From: Batkoa obscura
Lineage: Eukaryota
DNA length: 64,000 bases
Assembly: GCA_030770535.1 (NCBI GenBank)
Contig: JASVEC010000019.1
Location: 806,001 to 870,000, forward strand
Reading direction: 5' to 3'
Shown here: one piece after another, positions 13,301-23,608 of the stretch
How the letters are laid out: every line of letters begins with the position of its first letter
Numbering within the stretch: position 1 is the stretch's first letter
Program-made: the position numbers and the translations under genes
The notes under the pieces: generated by a model
What the model was told of the DNA's origin: nothing
Databases searched by the model: none
What the model saw: only the letters and a program-made list of their open reading frames with translations

Positions 13301-14951
13301 CTTTGTCTTCTACAGCAGTGTCTTTAATTGGCGGTTTTTTATTGATATTTTTTTGTAATTCTTCTTTTTCAGAAGTTTGTGGGTCATTTTCATTAATTGG
13401 CGATGATTCTACCCCAGCATCTTTATCTTTTGAAATAATATCCTTAGTTAAATCGTTTTCTTCTATATCTTTGCTTTTGGAAATTTTTGGTCCACCATTA
13501 GTACTCGATACCTTTCCATTGTTTGTACTATTTTTGTCTTTTGTTGTAGTATCTTTAGCTGGTAGACTTTCTTTGGTATTTTGTGTTGAATCTGAATTTT
13601 TGTCAACTTGCTTAGTATTTTGGTCTTCATTTTCACTTGATGGTATATTAGTGCTTGGCTCTTCATCTTTAGCTTTGGTAGTTGCATTTATTGGTTCTTT
13701 ATCTTTAGACTCAATGATGTTCTCATTTGTTTCATCGCTCTTAGATCCAACACTATTATTGTCCAGTCCTTTGGTTTTAGCTTCATGAATATTATCCAGG
13801 GCCTTAAGCTCTGGTTTAACAGCAGTATCATTTGATCCTTTATCTCTAGATTTAGCATTATCATTCGATATTTCAAGCTCTGCTTTAGCTTCTAAGGCTC
13901 GGCCGTTTTTACCTGTTTCTTTGTTTTCATCTATTTCTCCATTAGAAGGTGAGGGCAAAGTATGCTCAATAAACTCGAATTCTTCAGAATCCTCGTTTTT
14001 AGTTCCTTGTTCACTTTCTTTTGCCATATCTGCGTAAGACTTTGTTTCATTTGAATCCACTTTATTATCACCCTGAGTATTATTACTCTTATTTCTATCG
14101 GTAGCTTCATTTATTGTTAGATCTCTATTCTTGAAATCCTTAATTTTATCTTGAACAGATTCTTTGTTTTCAGAAACAGTTTCATTAAGCTCATTCCTGA
14201 TCTCACTACTAGGATTAACAACTTGAACTTTCTCCATTTCGTTTCCATTATTAATAGATTCGTTAAATGCATCTTTTATTAATTTATTTCTATTTTCGTT
14301 GTTTGAATTCATAGTATTATCTGATAGTGTTTGCTTATTTTCCATAATTGAATATGTAAACTTCTCTTCAGTCTCAGCTTGACTTGGCTTTTTACTCTCG
14401 TTATTGGATTCATTACGCTCCTTTTGTATTATTTGCTCTTTATTTTCATTATTGGGATCTTTAGCTTTCTCTTGCCTTGATTTAAGTTGTTCATCTGATA
14501 TTATGACCTCATTTTCAGATTTAATGATTTCATCTTGATTTGATTCATCTTTGACGTTTTTATTAGATCCTTCGACCTTATCACCAGATTTATTGGATTG
14601 ATCTTGAATTAGTTCATCTTTTGATTCTCTAATTAGGAATAAATTTTTACTAACAGAATCGTCTTTACCCTCTAGATCCAATTTTTTAGCTTCATCATTA
14701 GACTTATCAGTTTGATCTTGGCTTAATTCATCTTTGCTCTCAGAACTCGATTCATTATTTGGAGTAGAGCTATCACTAGCAGACTCATTATTTTTATCTT
14801 GATTTAAATCATTTTGATCTTCACTGATTAGTAATGTATTTGGAGATGGGTCATTTATATCGATCTCTTCTTTCTTTTCTTTTATTTGTTTACTTTTATT
14901 TTTGTTATTATTTTTCTTTGCTTTCCCTTTGTTTTTATTTTTAAATCCCAT
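10326..14951 (-). CDS. 1541-aa low-complexity K/E/D/N/S-rich, probably disordered protein with basic N-terminus and acidic helical C-terminus; function unknown
   Basis: A 4.6-kb uninterrupted ORF in very AT-rich DNA; no recognisable globular domain. Confidence 0.85.
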   Translation of the reverse strand: MGFKNKNKGKAKKNNNKNKSKQIKEKKEEIDINDPSPNTLLISEDQNDLNQDKNNESASDSSTPNNESSSESKDELSQDQTDKSNDEAKKLDLEGKDDSVSKNLFLIRESKDELIQDQSNKSGDKVEGSNKNVKDESNQDEIIKSENEVIISDEQLKSRQEKAKDPNNENKEQIIQKERNESNNESKKPSQAETEEKFTYSIMENKQTLSDNTMNSNNENRNKLIKDAFNESINNGNEMEKVQVVNPSSEIRNELNETVSENKESVQDKIKDFKNRDLTINEATDRNKSNNTQGDNKVDSNETKSYADMAKESEQGTKNEDSEEFEFIEHTLPSPSNGEIDENKETGKNGRALEAKAELEISNDNAKSRDKGSNDTAVKPELKALDNIHEAKTKGLDNNSVGSKSDETNENIIESKDKEPINATTKAKDEEPSTNIPSSENEDQNTKQVDKNSDSTQNTKESLPAKDTTTKDKNSTNNGKVSSTNGGPKISKSKDIEENDLTKDIISKDKDAGVESSPINENDPQTSEKEELQKNINKKPPIKDTAVEDKDGSKAETNSSDVNILKSTHKRDSQQITNKKELAKGTDVKGKMVPENDDVLQATKKEDTIQNIQENSPVKDITVKDDSAIKANTASSGGNVPQSTDNEGSKENINESPLPKENTVKSKDDIKAETVVNDNEFPEFSEKGNPKQIMEGKLLNKDASPEKKNNDKAESASSNDKALQDTENENSGLSRIEKLSANDTIVKDNSDKDKTVLSNNDSPLNNKLGKDTKDGRLAGDKKDSNDGDKNLIDVLSKNDSKPISETTIDEAKDNDSKASKKAKDLDLKSAESDKELDDKDNGSGNKVSNLDRKNDEEPIPISELKDQAEDKLNLTNESTETKGTEKDEVNKGVESTKYQGHVNTKSDENKELDSEPKLLKPDLKEDDDKVGSVDELLSDNKDSKEANTESSAKKDDEEPSASKSELHKNNLEDNSDDSKSIETFSESKDEIKESEEGGSIKGLEKDKYNPEIVLLNDDDTKSDEPIKELSINHNKKNARINKADDKKTDMDSSELKAENEVEPIDELQGQNKIEEQLSSINLNEKTVSEKNTDDQSKATETKEDNETKVEKGNSVRDDKKGGESLTAKSEQYSFKALNKDNELSTGMSRKSSSASNDIEQDTPKVIEQTDKIKYKNDDNEESITPIEATSKTKQVINKENNNNETNSTNERNNNQNDIESIKSKLEDLKQTKSIFENYVDKNNDDEDKDNDFEKIEAKDYKGSNESLDQEIPVNTKQSDIIRESGLSPDNIKPDVYDTVKELENNKSKNQELNVSKVPKTKDIKDEVEEKSEPNSPIQIITLEDIKEDDKDKSSSPKNKQDEQKDSLTTTTSKISSESTKVKVQDSLNTGKSVKDESEAKPTQSENEDSPSKEPGIKEDVELIELPQDGVNKEEAIVGENESTDSLGEVIEAELEAEEEDYEIIESIELTEEENLVLIEKIQLLLTDEMEQLYETAYQEVVVEVEDSLKDQLKQNVENIKREAFNEEYQRLVKSRDDVTLC

Positions 14952-15130
14952 CTTAGCTAAATAAATTTAAAAAGTTAAATTTATATTTGTAAAAAATTAA
15001 CTTAAAGTGTAATAAAAAGAATAAATCAAAAAAGTAATAAACTTATGTCTAATTAAATTTTATTTATTGTACGAAAAATAAAATCAAAAGGGTGGCACAA
15101 ATGTATAACCAAGGTTATGTCATTATTTTC

Positions 15131-16247
15131 TTAAGCTTGACTTGTATGGGTAATTCCGGCTTTTTCAAAGGTTTCATGGAATATAGGAATCAATTGTTGA
15201 GCAACAGTGAATGAGAAGATAAGCTTAGGACCAACTACTAATATCTTTGGTGTTAACCCCTTAAAGAAAGCTCCCATACCTTCTTTTTTAATCATATCTT
15301 TAATAATATTCATTCCAGATTCTGGAGCATCAAAAGGTCTATTTTGAATACGAGTTTTAACTACGTCTAATGGGGCAGCGACTGTAATAGAAGCTACGGC
15401 ACCTCCAATAGATGAGCAGAAGTTTTGGAAAAAGGTAGCTTGATTGTAATCCTTTAATCCAAAGAAATATTCTTTTACAATAGCTGCTCCTCCAAATAAG
15501 GCAAAAGATCCTGGAGCATTACGGGCTGCGGTCCACATACCACCACTAAAAAATTATTAAAACAAAGCAAATTCAAACATTTTTTTAACTTACCGATACA
15601 GCCCAAGGCCTTCATCCTTAATCAAGGCAAAGATACCTCTACCCTTGAGAGTTTCTGGGTTAGTTTGGGACTTGATTTTAAGTACATCTAATGGAAGTAA
15701 AGCTACTTCGCCAATACCAACAATGGAACCAGCAGTAGCGTGCATAACTGTTTTACCAGTCTTTTCGCCAAAGAAGTTAGTGAAAAAAGAGCGGTGATTG
15801 GTGTTTAAGTAATCTTTGACGTAGGGTTGACCTCCGTATTTATATACTCTTTGGGTGATTTTATATCCGGCAGCAAATCCCAAACCTGGGAATAAACTAG
15901 TATATTTTTTTATAAAGGATTGCTCAGCAGCACTCTACGTTGGTTTAGTTTAATGTTTTTATTTGTTAAAATGATTAATCTTACCTTAAAAACAACTTTG
16001 TTTAAACTGGCCATACTTTCTGACAATGGTGCTCCTTTAACAAAGATCTAATAAAAAGCTATGAGCCTAAGCACTAAATTATTTTATGATTTGTTTCACT
16101 TACAGAGCTTTGATTTGACATCAAACGTTTGGCAACGGTATCTACTGGATGGAACCCCAATAACTCTAAAAGACCTGAACTTGCTGAACCGCAAAATCTT
16201 GCTAAACCAGATTCTGATTTTTTACTGCTTGCTTCTAAGCCGCCCAT
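15131..16247 (-). CDS. GGC1: Mitochondrial GTP/GDP carrier
   Basis: N-terminus KSESGLARFCGSASSGLLELLGFHPVDTVAKRLMSN matches the Ggc1/Yhm1 pattern; carrier signatures PLDVLKIK and PLDVVKTRIQ; multi-exon. Confidence 0.9.
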
Positions 16248-16739
16248 TTTAACTTTATCTTAATTTTTTTGAAAAAAACCAAAGTTGACTTTTGAGTTTG
16301 AGTTTTTAAGGGATTCAATTTTTATTCCTAATCTTTTTTGATAGAGGATGTATTTTTAATGGGTTCTGATGAGTTTTATTGGCCATAATATGACCCCATT
16401 TTGGCCATTGGTTCACTTCGGAAGTTGACTCACTTTTATTGAAATAATCCTTATTTTGGGGTCGAAAATTTCGGACGTGAAAATAGACTCCTATTTATAT
16501 AAGGATTATTTATCGCTATCATCCTTTATTTAAATCCATCCTAACCTTTATAGAATAAAATAGCTTTAAAATTTTTGTTGTTCTACTCTATTGTACTATT
16601 CACTATCATTTTATAGTTTACTAATTCTTATCGTTATCTTTTATCTTCTAATGAATGTTATTGGCTACTTGATTCTATTGTTACAAACTAAAAAAGTCAA
16701 TTTAAACAAAGCATATAGTAAAAGCATTTCTTATAAATA

Positions 16740-17616
16740 ATGGTAATTAAAGTGGCCGTATCCTACTCTGGGGGTAAAGACAGCAATCTAGTGCTATTCA
16801 AAATGAAACAAGGTAAAGTATTATCAACTTTGAATCAAACTTCAATAACAACTCTATTTAAGATCCACAGTATGACGTAGTAATTTTAGTTACCTTCATT
16901 CCAGGTAAATAGACCAAAAGCTATGGTGGTAAATTCTGACAACAAACTTTCAAATAGCCCAAAAGTCGCCCTTTCTGGCACATAATTTAGAACTAATCCG
17001 ATTACAAGCAAAGGCCTTAAGTATTCCACACAAGATCGTCCAAATCAATGAAATCCCAAGTTATTTAGAGTCATATCAACATGGGATAAAAGAGTTAAAT
17101 AAGGAATATAATATTAAATATTTAGTTACTGGTAACTTACAATATAATCAATGTAATAACAACAACTCACTTACTTTTATTTCAGGAGATGTATTGCCAG
17201 TATGTAGTGATTTTATGGAGCGAGCAGTTGATGGAACAGGAGCGGAGCTCCTACGACCTTTATGGGGCTTAGATAGTGAAGTTATACTAGATGAATTATT
17301 TGAAGCTAAATTTCAAGTATATATAACTTGTATCAATAAAACTAAAATAAAGGATGGAGAAAAATGGATTGGTAAATTATTAAGTTATGAGTTGTTAAAA
17401 GAGAGCGATTCTGGTCTTAATTTGTTAGGAGAATTTGGCGAGTATCATACCATGTGTGTCTATTCGCCTTTGTATACCATTGATTTTAGAACTTTAGTCA
17501 AGCAAAATTCAAAACTTAACTTACCATCAAATGAGTATATGCTAGATAAAAGTATAGTGATTTCAACTAATATAAAAAGTTCTAGTTGTAATAACTTCTA
17601 TTATTGGGAGTTTTAA
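16740..17616 (+). CDS. PP-loop ATP pyrophosphatase of the diphthine-ammonia ligase/MJ0570 family (stand-alone domain)
   Basis: Exon 1 MVIKVAVSYSGGKDS; later LQAKALSIP, VTGD, PLWG and GEFGEYHT motifs; GT-AG introns keep the frame. Confidence 0.8.
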
Positions 17617-17656
17617 TAATAATAAAATTAAAATAAATTATAACATCTCCCTAAGT

Positions 17657-18205
17657 TTATTCATTTTTATCCCAAATTAAAGGATCGAAATTTTCAACCA
17701 GCCTAGTTTCATCTTTATAAAGTGGATACCAGGCCTTGAAGCCATAGCTCAATACCTCTACTTTTTGATCTTTGTTTCCATCAAAGTCGTCCTCTTTTTG
17801 CCTTTGATTTAGAAAGTCTTTATAAAAACCTGCGATTCTAGGCCCTCTTCCAGTAGAAGAGCCACAATAAAATATCACTCTTTTTTTATCCTTAACTCTG
17901 TTATATAATTCTTGCTTTTCATCTTCATATTTTTTACTTGGTGAATTGATAACTCCAGTAACGTTCCCCCCCTATAATCAAATACTTAATTTTGCTGAGC
18001 TCTATCTTATACTAATCCTTACCACAAAGTCATTATCTCTTACATCAACAATAGCTATATCATCACTATAATGAATTCAGTCAATTAATTTGAATAATCT
18101 TCATTGTTATCCTTACTTTACGCGCAATTTGTCGTTCAGGATATCCTCAGCTAACTGCTTTGGATCTATGAATTCGATTTCAGGATGGTATTTTTTATTA
18201 CTCAT
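17657..18205 (-). CDS. Cdc25-like rhodanese-fold phosphatase/arsenate reductase (Ych1/Ibp1/Acr2 family), paralog 1
   Basis: IVDVRDNDFV|GGNV and active-site loop FYCGSSTGRGP (CX5R); two introns. Confidence 0.8.
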
Positions 18206-19340
18206 TATTGATTTCACTTTAGAATTTTTAGTTTTATTTGGAAATAAATGTAACATTTGAATGTGGCCAATTAAAAAGCAAAGTTTGAAATTGTGCTCAT
18301 ACTCAATATTTTAGAAATCGAGAAATATTACTAATAGAGATATAAAGTAGCTTGATGTTTTATTTGGGTAGATTAAGCTTTAAGGTTCCAAAATATAATA
18401 TAGTTATAAGCTAAATAAAAAAATTTAAGGATCTAGGATAATTTTGTCCTATCAACTTTTTGTTGAAGTCATATAACTACTATCTCTGGATGATTCATAT
18501 TTCTAATACCTTTTGGTCATTATTATCCTTACAAGTTGAGATTTGATCAGAAAAATTTATTTTCATTAGCTCCAAATAAATTAGAGGTACATTAAAATGA
18601 TACAGCGCGCCCATCTTTTATATTGAGCACATATGCTTGATATCACCATAATAACTGTGTAATTTAGAATTGAAATGGCTATACAATCCAGGTTTTGAAA
18701 TAAGTATATAAATACCTATTACCCAAATAAGTTAATTCTCATCAACCAATGATTTAAAAAAAGAATTTCAAGCTAATCTTGTTTTTGTATACTCTTTAAC
18801 TAACTTATTTAAATATCAGTCAGTGACAATGTAGATGGCATTCTCTAGAAATATTATTTTTAAACACTTAACATCTTCTATTATTTTATAGCATATAAAA
18901 AAAATCATAATTGGCAAAATTTGTGATATAGAAACAGTTTTTTAATAAGTTTAGAATTTAATTTAGCCATTATTAGAAAAATCAATCAAGTCAACAAATA
19001 CATATAAATTCCAACTCCATCCTCTCTTACCTCTCAAAGGGAAGCCCTATGAAAAGCAGAAGTAAATTGGATCTTACTTTGTTTTTTACTTCCATATTTG
19101 ATAGAAGTCATTTGGCTCAATTCAATTTCTTCTGGAAAGAGCTTAATAGTTGGCTACTCTGACAAGTTGACTGCCCTAAGTACCTGGCTTTTATCGTAGC
19201 TAATCAAATGCTTGGGATATAAACCTCGCAAAAGGAAGATGATAATAAATGGGGATGCATTTCAATTTAATAGTTTGGTGGTTTGCTCAAATTCTAAGAT
19301 TAAAAATAAAAAACAGCCATATAAAGAAAGACGTTCTATA

Positions 19341-19514
19341 TGGGAATGTCTTTTATCAATTGCCCTTTGTTATTTCAAAAAAACGAAAATGTATAGTGAC
19401 TTTGAAAAATCCTCTATAAAATCCCTTTTGGTTCAAATAAGTATTTTAATTGACCAGTTAATTTTTAAGGCTTAAAAATAGCAAAAAAGGGCGATTGCTA
19501 AAAAAACACTCTCA
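19341..19514. mobile_element. 174-bp MITE of a second family with ~35-bp imperfect TIRs
   Basis: TA|TGGGAATGTCTTTTATCAATTGCCCTTTGTTATTT ... AAATAGCAAAAAAGGGCGATTGCTAAAAAAACACTCTCA|TA. Confidence 0.7.
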
Positions 19515-19538
19515 TATCTAAAATTGAAAACAAGTAAA

Positions 19539-19627
19539 TGGGAATGTATTTCTTTTGTTTAAAATTACTAATTCCACTTAAATAGTACTCAAAAATGGAA
19601 AACTAATGAAACCAAAGAGCATCTCCG
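19539..19627 (+). mobile_element. ~100-bp MITE (degenerate, internal deletion)
   Basis: tgggaatgtattt...ccacttaaatag...aaatggaaaa...catctccg. Confidence 0.65.
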
Positions 19628-19733
19628 AATTTTAATTTATATCATTAAGATATATCTATTGTTGTTACTTATGATTGGTTTAAAAAGAAAGTTTTTACAA
19701 ATATGATATATCTTTGAATCAAATAACAACTAT

Positions 19734-19975
19734 TTGATATCTTTTTTGATGCTTGTTCTACTATTACTTGCCATTTTTTTACTTAACAAAGCTGCAGCTT
19801 TTTTATCAAGAGTACAATTTGGTGGCTGCACTATAATTGAAGATAAAGTGTACTATTTAGATGAAAGAATATATTTGCCAAATGTAAACGGAATCAAATC
19901 AAATGAAAAATTGTCTACATTGGATTTAAAAAACGAGTTTAAATCAGTAGATAATATCGCGGAATGGGAAACATA
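19734..19975 (+). pseudogene. 5' fragment of a secreted Kelch/galactose-oxidase-type beta-propeller protein, truncated at a MITE
   Basis: Signal-like hydrophobic N-terminus, then R..GGCTIIEDKVYYL...LSTLDLKNEF....W, the pattern of the first blade in fungal secreted Kelch proteins. Reading runs into the MITE at 19976. Confidence 0.4.
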
Positions 19976-20076
19976 TGGGGATGTATTTTTGTATTTAAGA
20001 ATTTTACTAACAAATTTTCCGCTTAAATAGCGTTTAAAAAAGGGAAAAAATAGTGAAGTCGAAAAAAACACTCCCA
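19976..20076 (+). mobile_element. ~100-bp MITE
   Basis: TA|TGGGGATGTATTTTT ... AAAAAAACACTCCCA. Confidence 0.85.
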
Positions 20077-20316
20077 TTTACTTTTATGTTCTATCCAAAT
20101 AATTTTTTATATAAAATTAGTAAAATTCCTTACATAAAATTTGTAACCTAGTTTTGTGACTTAAACTACAGACATTTAATATATTAATATTAATATTTAA
20201 AGAAAATGAAAGCTTTTTAATAATATTGTGATATATATTCTTTATAGAATTATTTATTTTTTAACAAAATATACATAAACTAAGTAATTATTGTCATAAG
20301 AAAAGATTTAGATCAC

Positions 20317-20782
20317 TGTGAAATATCGCTTTGTCAGAGTCCCATGGTTAATTATAGCATAGCAATCGCCTAAGCTGTTGTGTTCTCGATTTTAGAGACA
20401 ATTAGTCCCATGCTCTTATCTTGATTTGCTATGAGAATTTTTATCTTCATCTCAAAGGATATTATCCTCTCGTTTTGATATCTATGCTTATCGGAGTATA
20501 AAAGAGATTCTAAAACATAGTAGCTCGAGGCTTTTTAACTGAATTATTTCCTGATATCTCGTACATTTAATAAAGCTATTAAATTTTCTTAATAGTATTT
20601 TACGTAGATTTTATACCAGTATGGTCTATTCTACTTGTCTTATATAGTTCATAGCCTATTACATCCTATTCTTCACAATTCAAGTCTATATCAGCCACAT
20701 AAACTAACACCTTTCGATCTACAGTATAGTCAATTAGGCAATAACTGTTATTGATATCAATTACTGAATACCAGATCTCAAA
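20317..20782 (+). mobile_element. 464-bp TG...CA element, copy 4 (second subfamily, 3' end mutated)
   Basis: Begins TGTGAAATATCGCTTTGTCAGAG, colinear with copy 3, ends ccagatctcaaa; no clear TSD. Confidence 0.8.
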
Positions 20783-20807
20783 AAATCAATTATTAAATGT
20801 TAATATT

Positions 20808-20907
20808 AGGGGATGTATTTTTGTATTTAAGAATTTTACTGACAATTTTTCCACATAAATAGCGCTTAAAAAATGGAAAAATAATGGAACTAAAAAAAAC
20901 AACCCCA
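20808..20907 (+). mobile_element. ~100-bp MITE
   Basis: ggggatgtattttt ... aaaaaaaacaacccca. Confidence 0.8.
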
Positions 20908-20924
20908 TTATTTGAATTGTTGAT

Positions 20925-21268
20925 AGCTGAGTTAATAAGTAATCAAAAAGCAAATAGTTATAAAAGTAAATAAAAACTATTACATCACTTGTATTGTATA
21001 AGGATAATTAATTATAGCTTTAGGGCTAACCATTCCCTCTTATGCAGCTGTCTATTAGTAATATATTAACAATGTAACTATAATATTAAATTCATTTGTT
21101 TATTTGATAATAAATCTTCAATATTGGTCATAAAGCAGTTAATGACGAATCTTTCTCAATAAAGTTTTATAGAAATATGTATTTATTCACTTATTACAAC
21201 TTTGATTAATACCGATATGTATGTTATATTGGCAAAAAGTCATGTCAATTGGAAATTTTTATTAAATT
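20925..21268 (+). repeat. ~340-bp dispersed repeat, copy A (empty MITE site)
   Basis: Colinear with 52925-53378 (e.g. aaataaaaacta..tacatcacttgtatt, ttaatgacgaat.tttctcaat.aagtt.tata). Confidence 0.8.
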
Positions 21269-21375
21269 ATTATTATAAACATTATTATCATTGTAAGTGA
21301 TTTAATTATATAATACATATTAAAAAATTATTGATAAATAAATAACTTTGTCATGAATAAATTTTTTAATTCCAA

Positions 21376-21443
21376 TTTATATTTATATTTATATTTATAT
21401 TTATATTTATATTTATATTTATATTTATATTTATATTTATATT
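21376..21443. repeat. (TTTATA)n microsatellite, ~11 units
   Basis: Perfect hexamer tandem array. Confidence 0.9.
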
Positions 21444-21638
21444 TTAGTAAAATATTATTTTATATTTAGATTCTTTGTTAAAAAAATGAAATGAGGAAAC
21501 AAAAATGAGATTAAAAGCATTCAATTTGGGCTAGAACTTTACAGTAGTTAGATTTAAACTTAAAATTAGAGTTTCTAATATTTTATTAACTAAAACTGAT
21601 CAATTAGTTGTATCTACTTAGTAAATATATATTACTAG

Positions 21639-21739
21639 TGGAGATGTATTTTTGTGTCTAAGAATTTTACTAACAAATTTTCTGCTTAAATAGCGCTTAA
21701 AAAATGGAAAAAACAATGAAGTCAAAAAAAACAATCCCA
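21639..21739 (+). mobile_element. ~100-bp MITE
   Basis: tggagatgtattttt ... aaaaaaaacaatccca. Confidence 0.8.
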
Positions 21740-21908
21740 GTATTATTATTTTCATTTAAATTGTCTTAATAATTTATAAATAATCAACTAAAAAAGTCAA
21801 CTTTAATCTTAAAAACTTAACCAATAAAAAACTAGTATGTAATTAGTCGAAAATAAATATCAAAAATCAAAATCAATGAATTTTATTTTTTTCTGAATTA
21901 AAGATAAA

Positions 21909-23181
21909 ATGCAATTATTAAAATCTAGTTTGAAAAATATTCAATCAATAAGAGTAAATTAGTATAACAATAAACTTTTATAATATTTATTTGTAATTAA
22001 AATTAGATCTCAACTTCAAAATTCCACACTAAATCTAAACTATTAAGTAGTGAAGTAGTAAGTATATTATCCCCTTTTTATTATTCCCTTTTATTACAAC
22101 TTTTAATTAATTAATTCATCTTTCTCAATTCTTAGTCTAACTCCTTAACTTTAAATGAAATCAATACTTTTTCAGTAGTTGGCTCAGGTCAAATGGGCAT
22201 TGGAATCGGATTAGTCGCGGCCAAGGTTGACACTATTAAAAAAGTACAGTTCTACGACAATAATCCTCAAAGTTTAGAAAAAGGTTATAACTTCTTAGTT
22301 AAATTATTAGAAAAAGATGTATCCAAAAATAAGATTTCAACAGAACAAAGAGATTTAGTGTTAAGTAAAATTGAAAAAGTAAAAGATATTGAAGGGCTAG
22401 GAGAGTCAAAATTTGTTGTTGAAGCAGTAGTAGAAAATTTAAGTGTAAAACAAGATATTTTTAAAAAATTGGATCAAATCCTTGAAAAAAAAGCAATATT
22501 AGCTAGTAATACTTCTTCTATTCCAATTACTAAAATTGCTGCTTCAACTAAACGACCTGAGAACGTAAGTTAATTTACTATAGTATTAATAATATTTTTT
22601 ATCTTTTATTTTGATAGGTCATTGGTATGCATTTTATGAATCCAGTACCTGTTATGAAATTAGTTGAAATTATATCTGGATTAGCTACTTCTACTCACAC
22701 TTTAAATACTACTTTAGAATTATCAAAAGTTATGGGTAAATAATAGATTCTATATTAATATTAACATAGTAATAATTAATTTCATTCTTTTAGGTAAAAC
22801 CACCACTATATCCCAGGATAGTCCTGGATTCATTGCCAATCGTTTATTAATGCCATTTATTAATGAAGCTATTTTTACATTACAAGAAGTAATTCCATTT
22901 CTCTTTTTCTCCTTTGAATACATATTAACTACTTCTCTTTCTCTTTTTAGGGTGTTGCTACCAAAGAAGATATTGATACTACAATGAAATTAGGGACTAA
23001 TCATCCAATGGGACCATTAACATTAGCTGATTTTATTGGATTAGATACTTGTTTAGCTATTATGAATGTATTACATCATCAATTTGGAGATTCTAAATAT
23101 CGTCCAGCTACTTTATTAAGAACTTATGTGGATGCTGGATGGTTAGGTAAAAAATCAGGTAGAGGGTTTTATAAGTATTAA
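21909..23181 (+). CDS. 3-hydroxyacyl/3-hydroxybutyryl-CoA dehydrogenase, probably mitochondrial
   Basis: [12 protein letters not shown]ossmann motif, [60 protein letters not shown]; short presequence-like exons from ATG 21909. Confidence 0.9.
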
Positions 23182-23608
23182 ATAAATAAACGAATAAAAT
23201 ACTAATTTGATGAGTTATGAGTTATGAGTTATAAAATACAAAGTATAAATTGTTTTATTTTATAATCATCGTATTTATTATAATAATTGAGAGCTATTTT
23301 TATTATGCAATATTATTATTATTTCTACAAATATTTGATTTTGTAAGATGACGTATGAATAAACTTAAAATTTTGCCACCAATTCTTTTTTCATTTTTTA
23401 GAACTCTATATTGAACCAATTAAAACGATAGAATTTAAAGCTACTTGATTTTTAGAATTCTGATTTGATAAGAAATCGACTAATAAAATTTCATGGATAA
23501 ATTGTACAAATAATAATAAGCGAATAATTAATTAACCTCAATAATAAAACTATAAATACATTTAGTTACTCTTGAACAACCTTTATTTCATTTCAAAATA
23601 ACAATAAA

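Noticed and set aside
10816..13788. Long Ser/Leu/Phe-rich plus-strand ORFs
   Set aside because: Antisense shadows of the K/E/D/N-rich 1541-aa ORF; their composition is what the reverse complement of those codons gives.
18400..19215. Stop-riddled coding-like stretch
   Set aside because: Probably a pseudogene relic, but no family or strand can be supported by eye.
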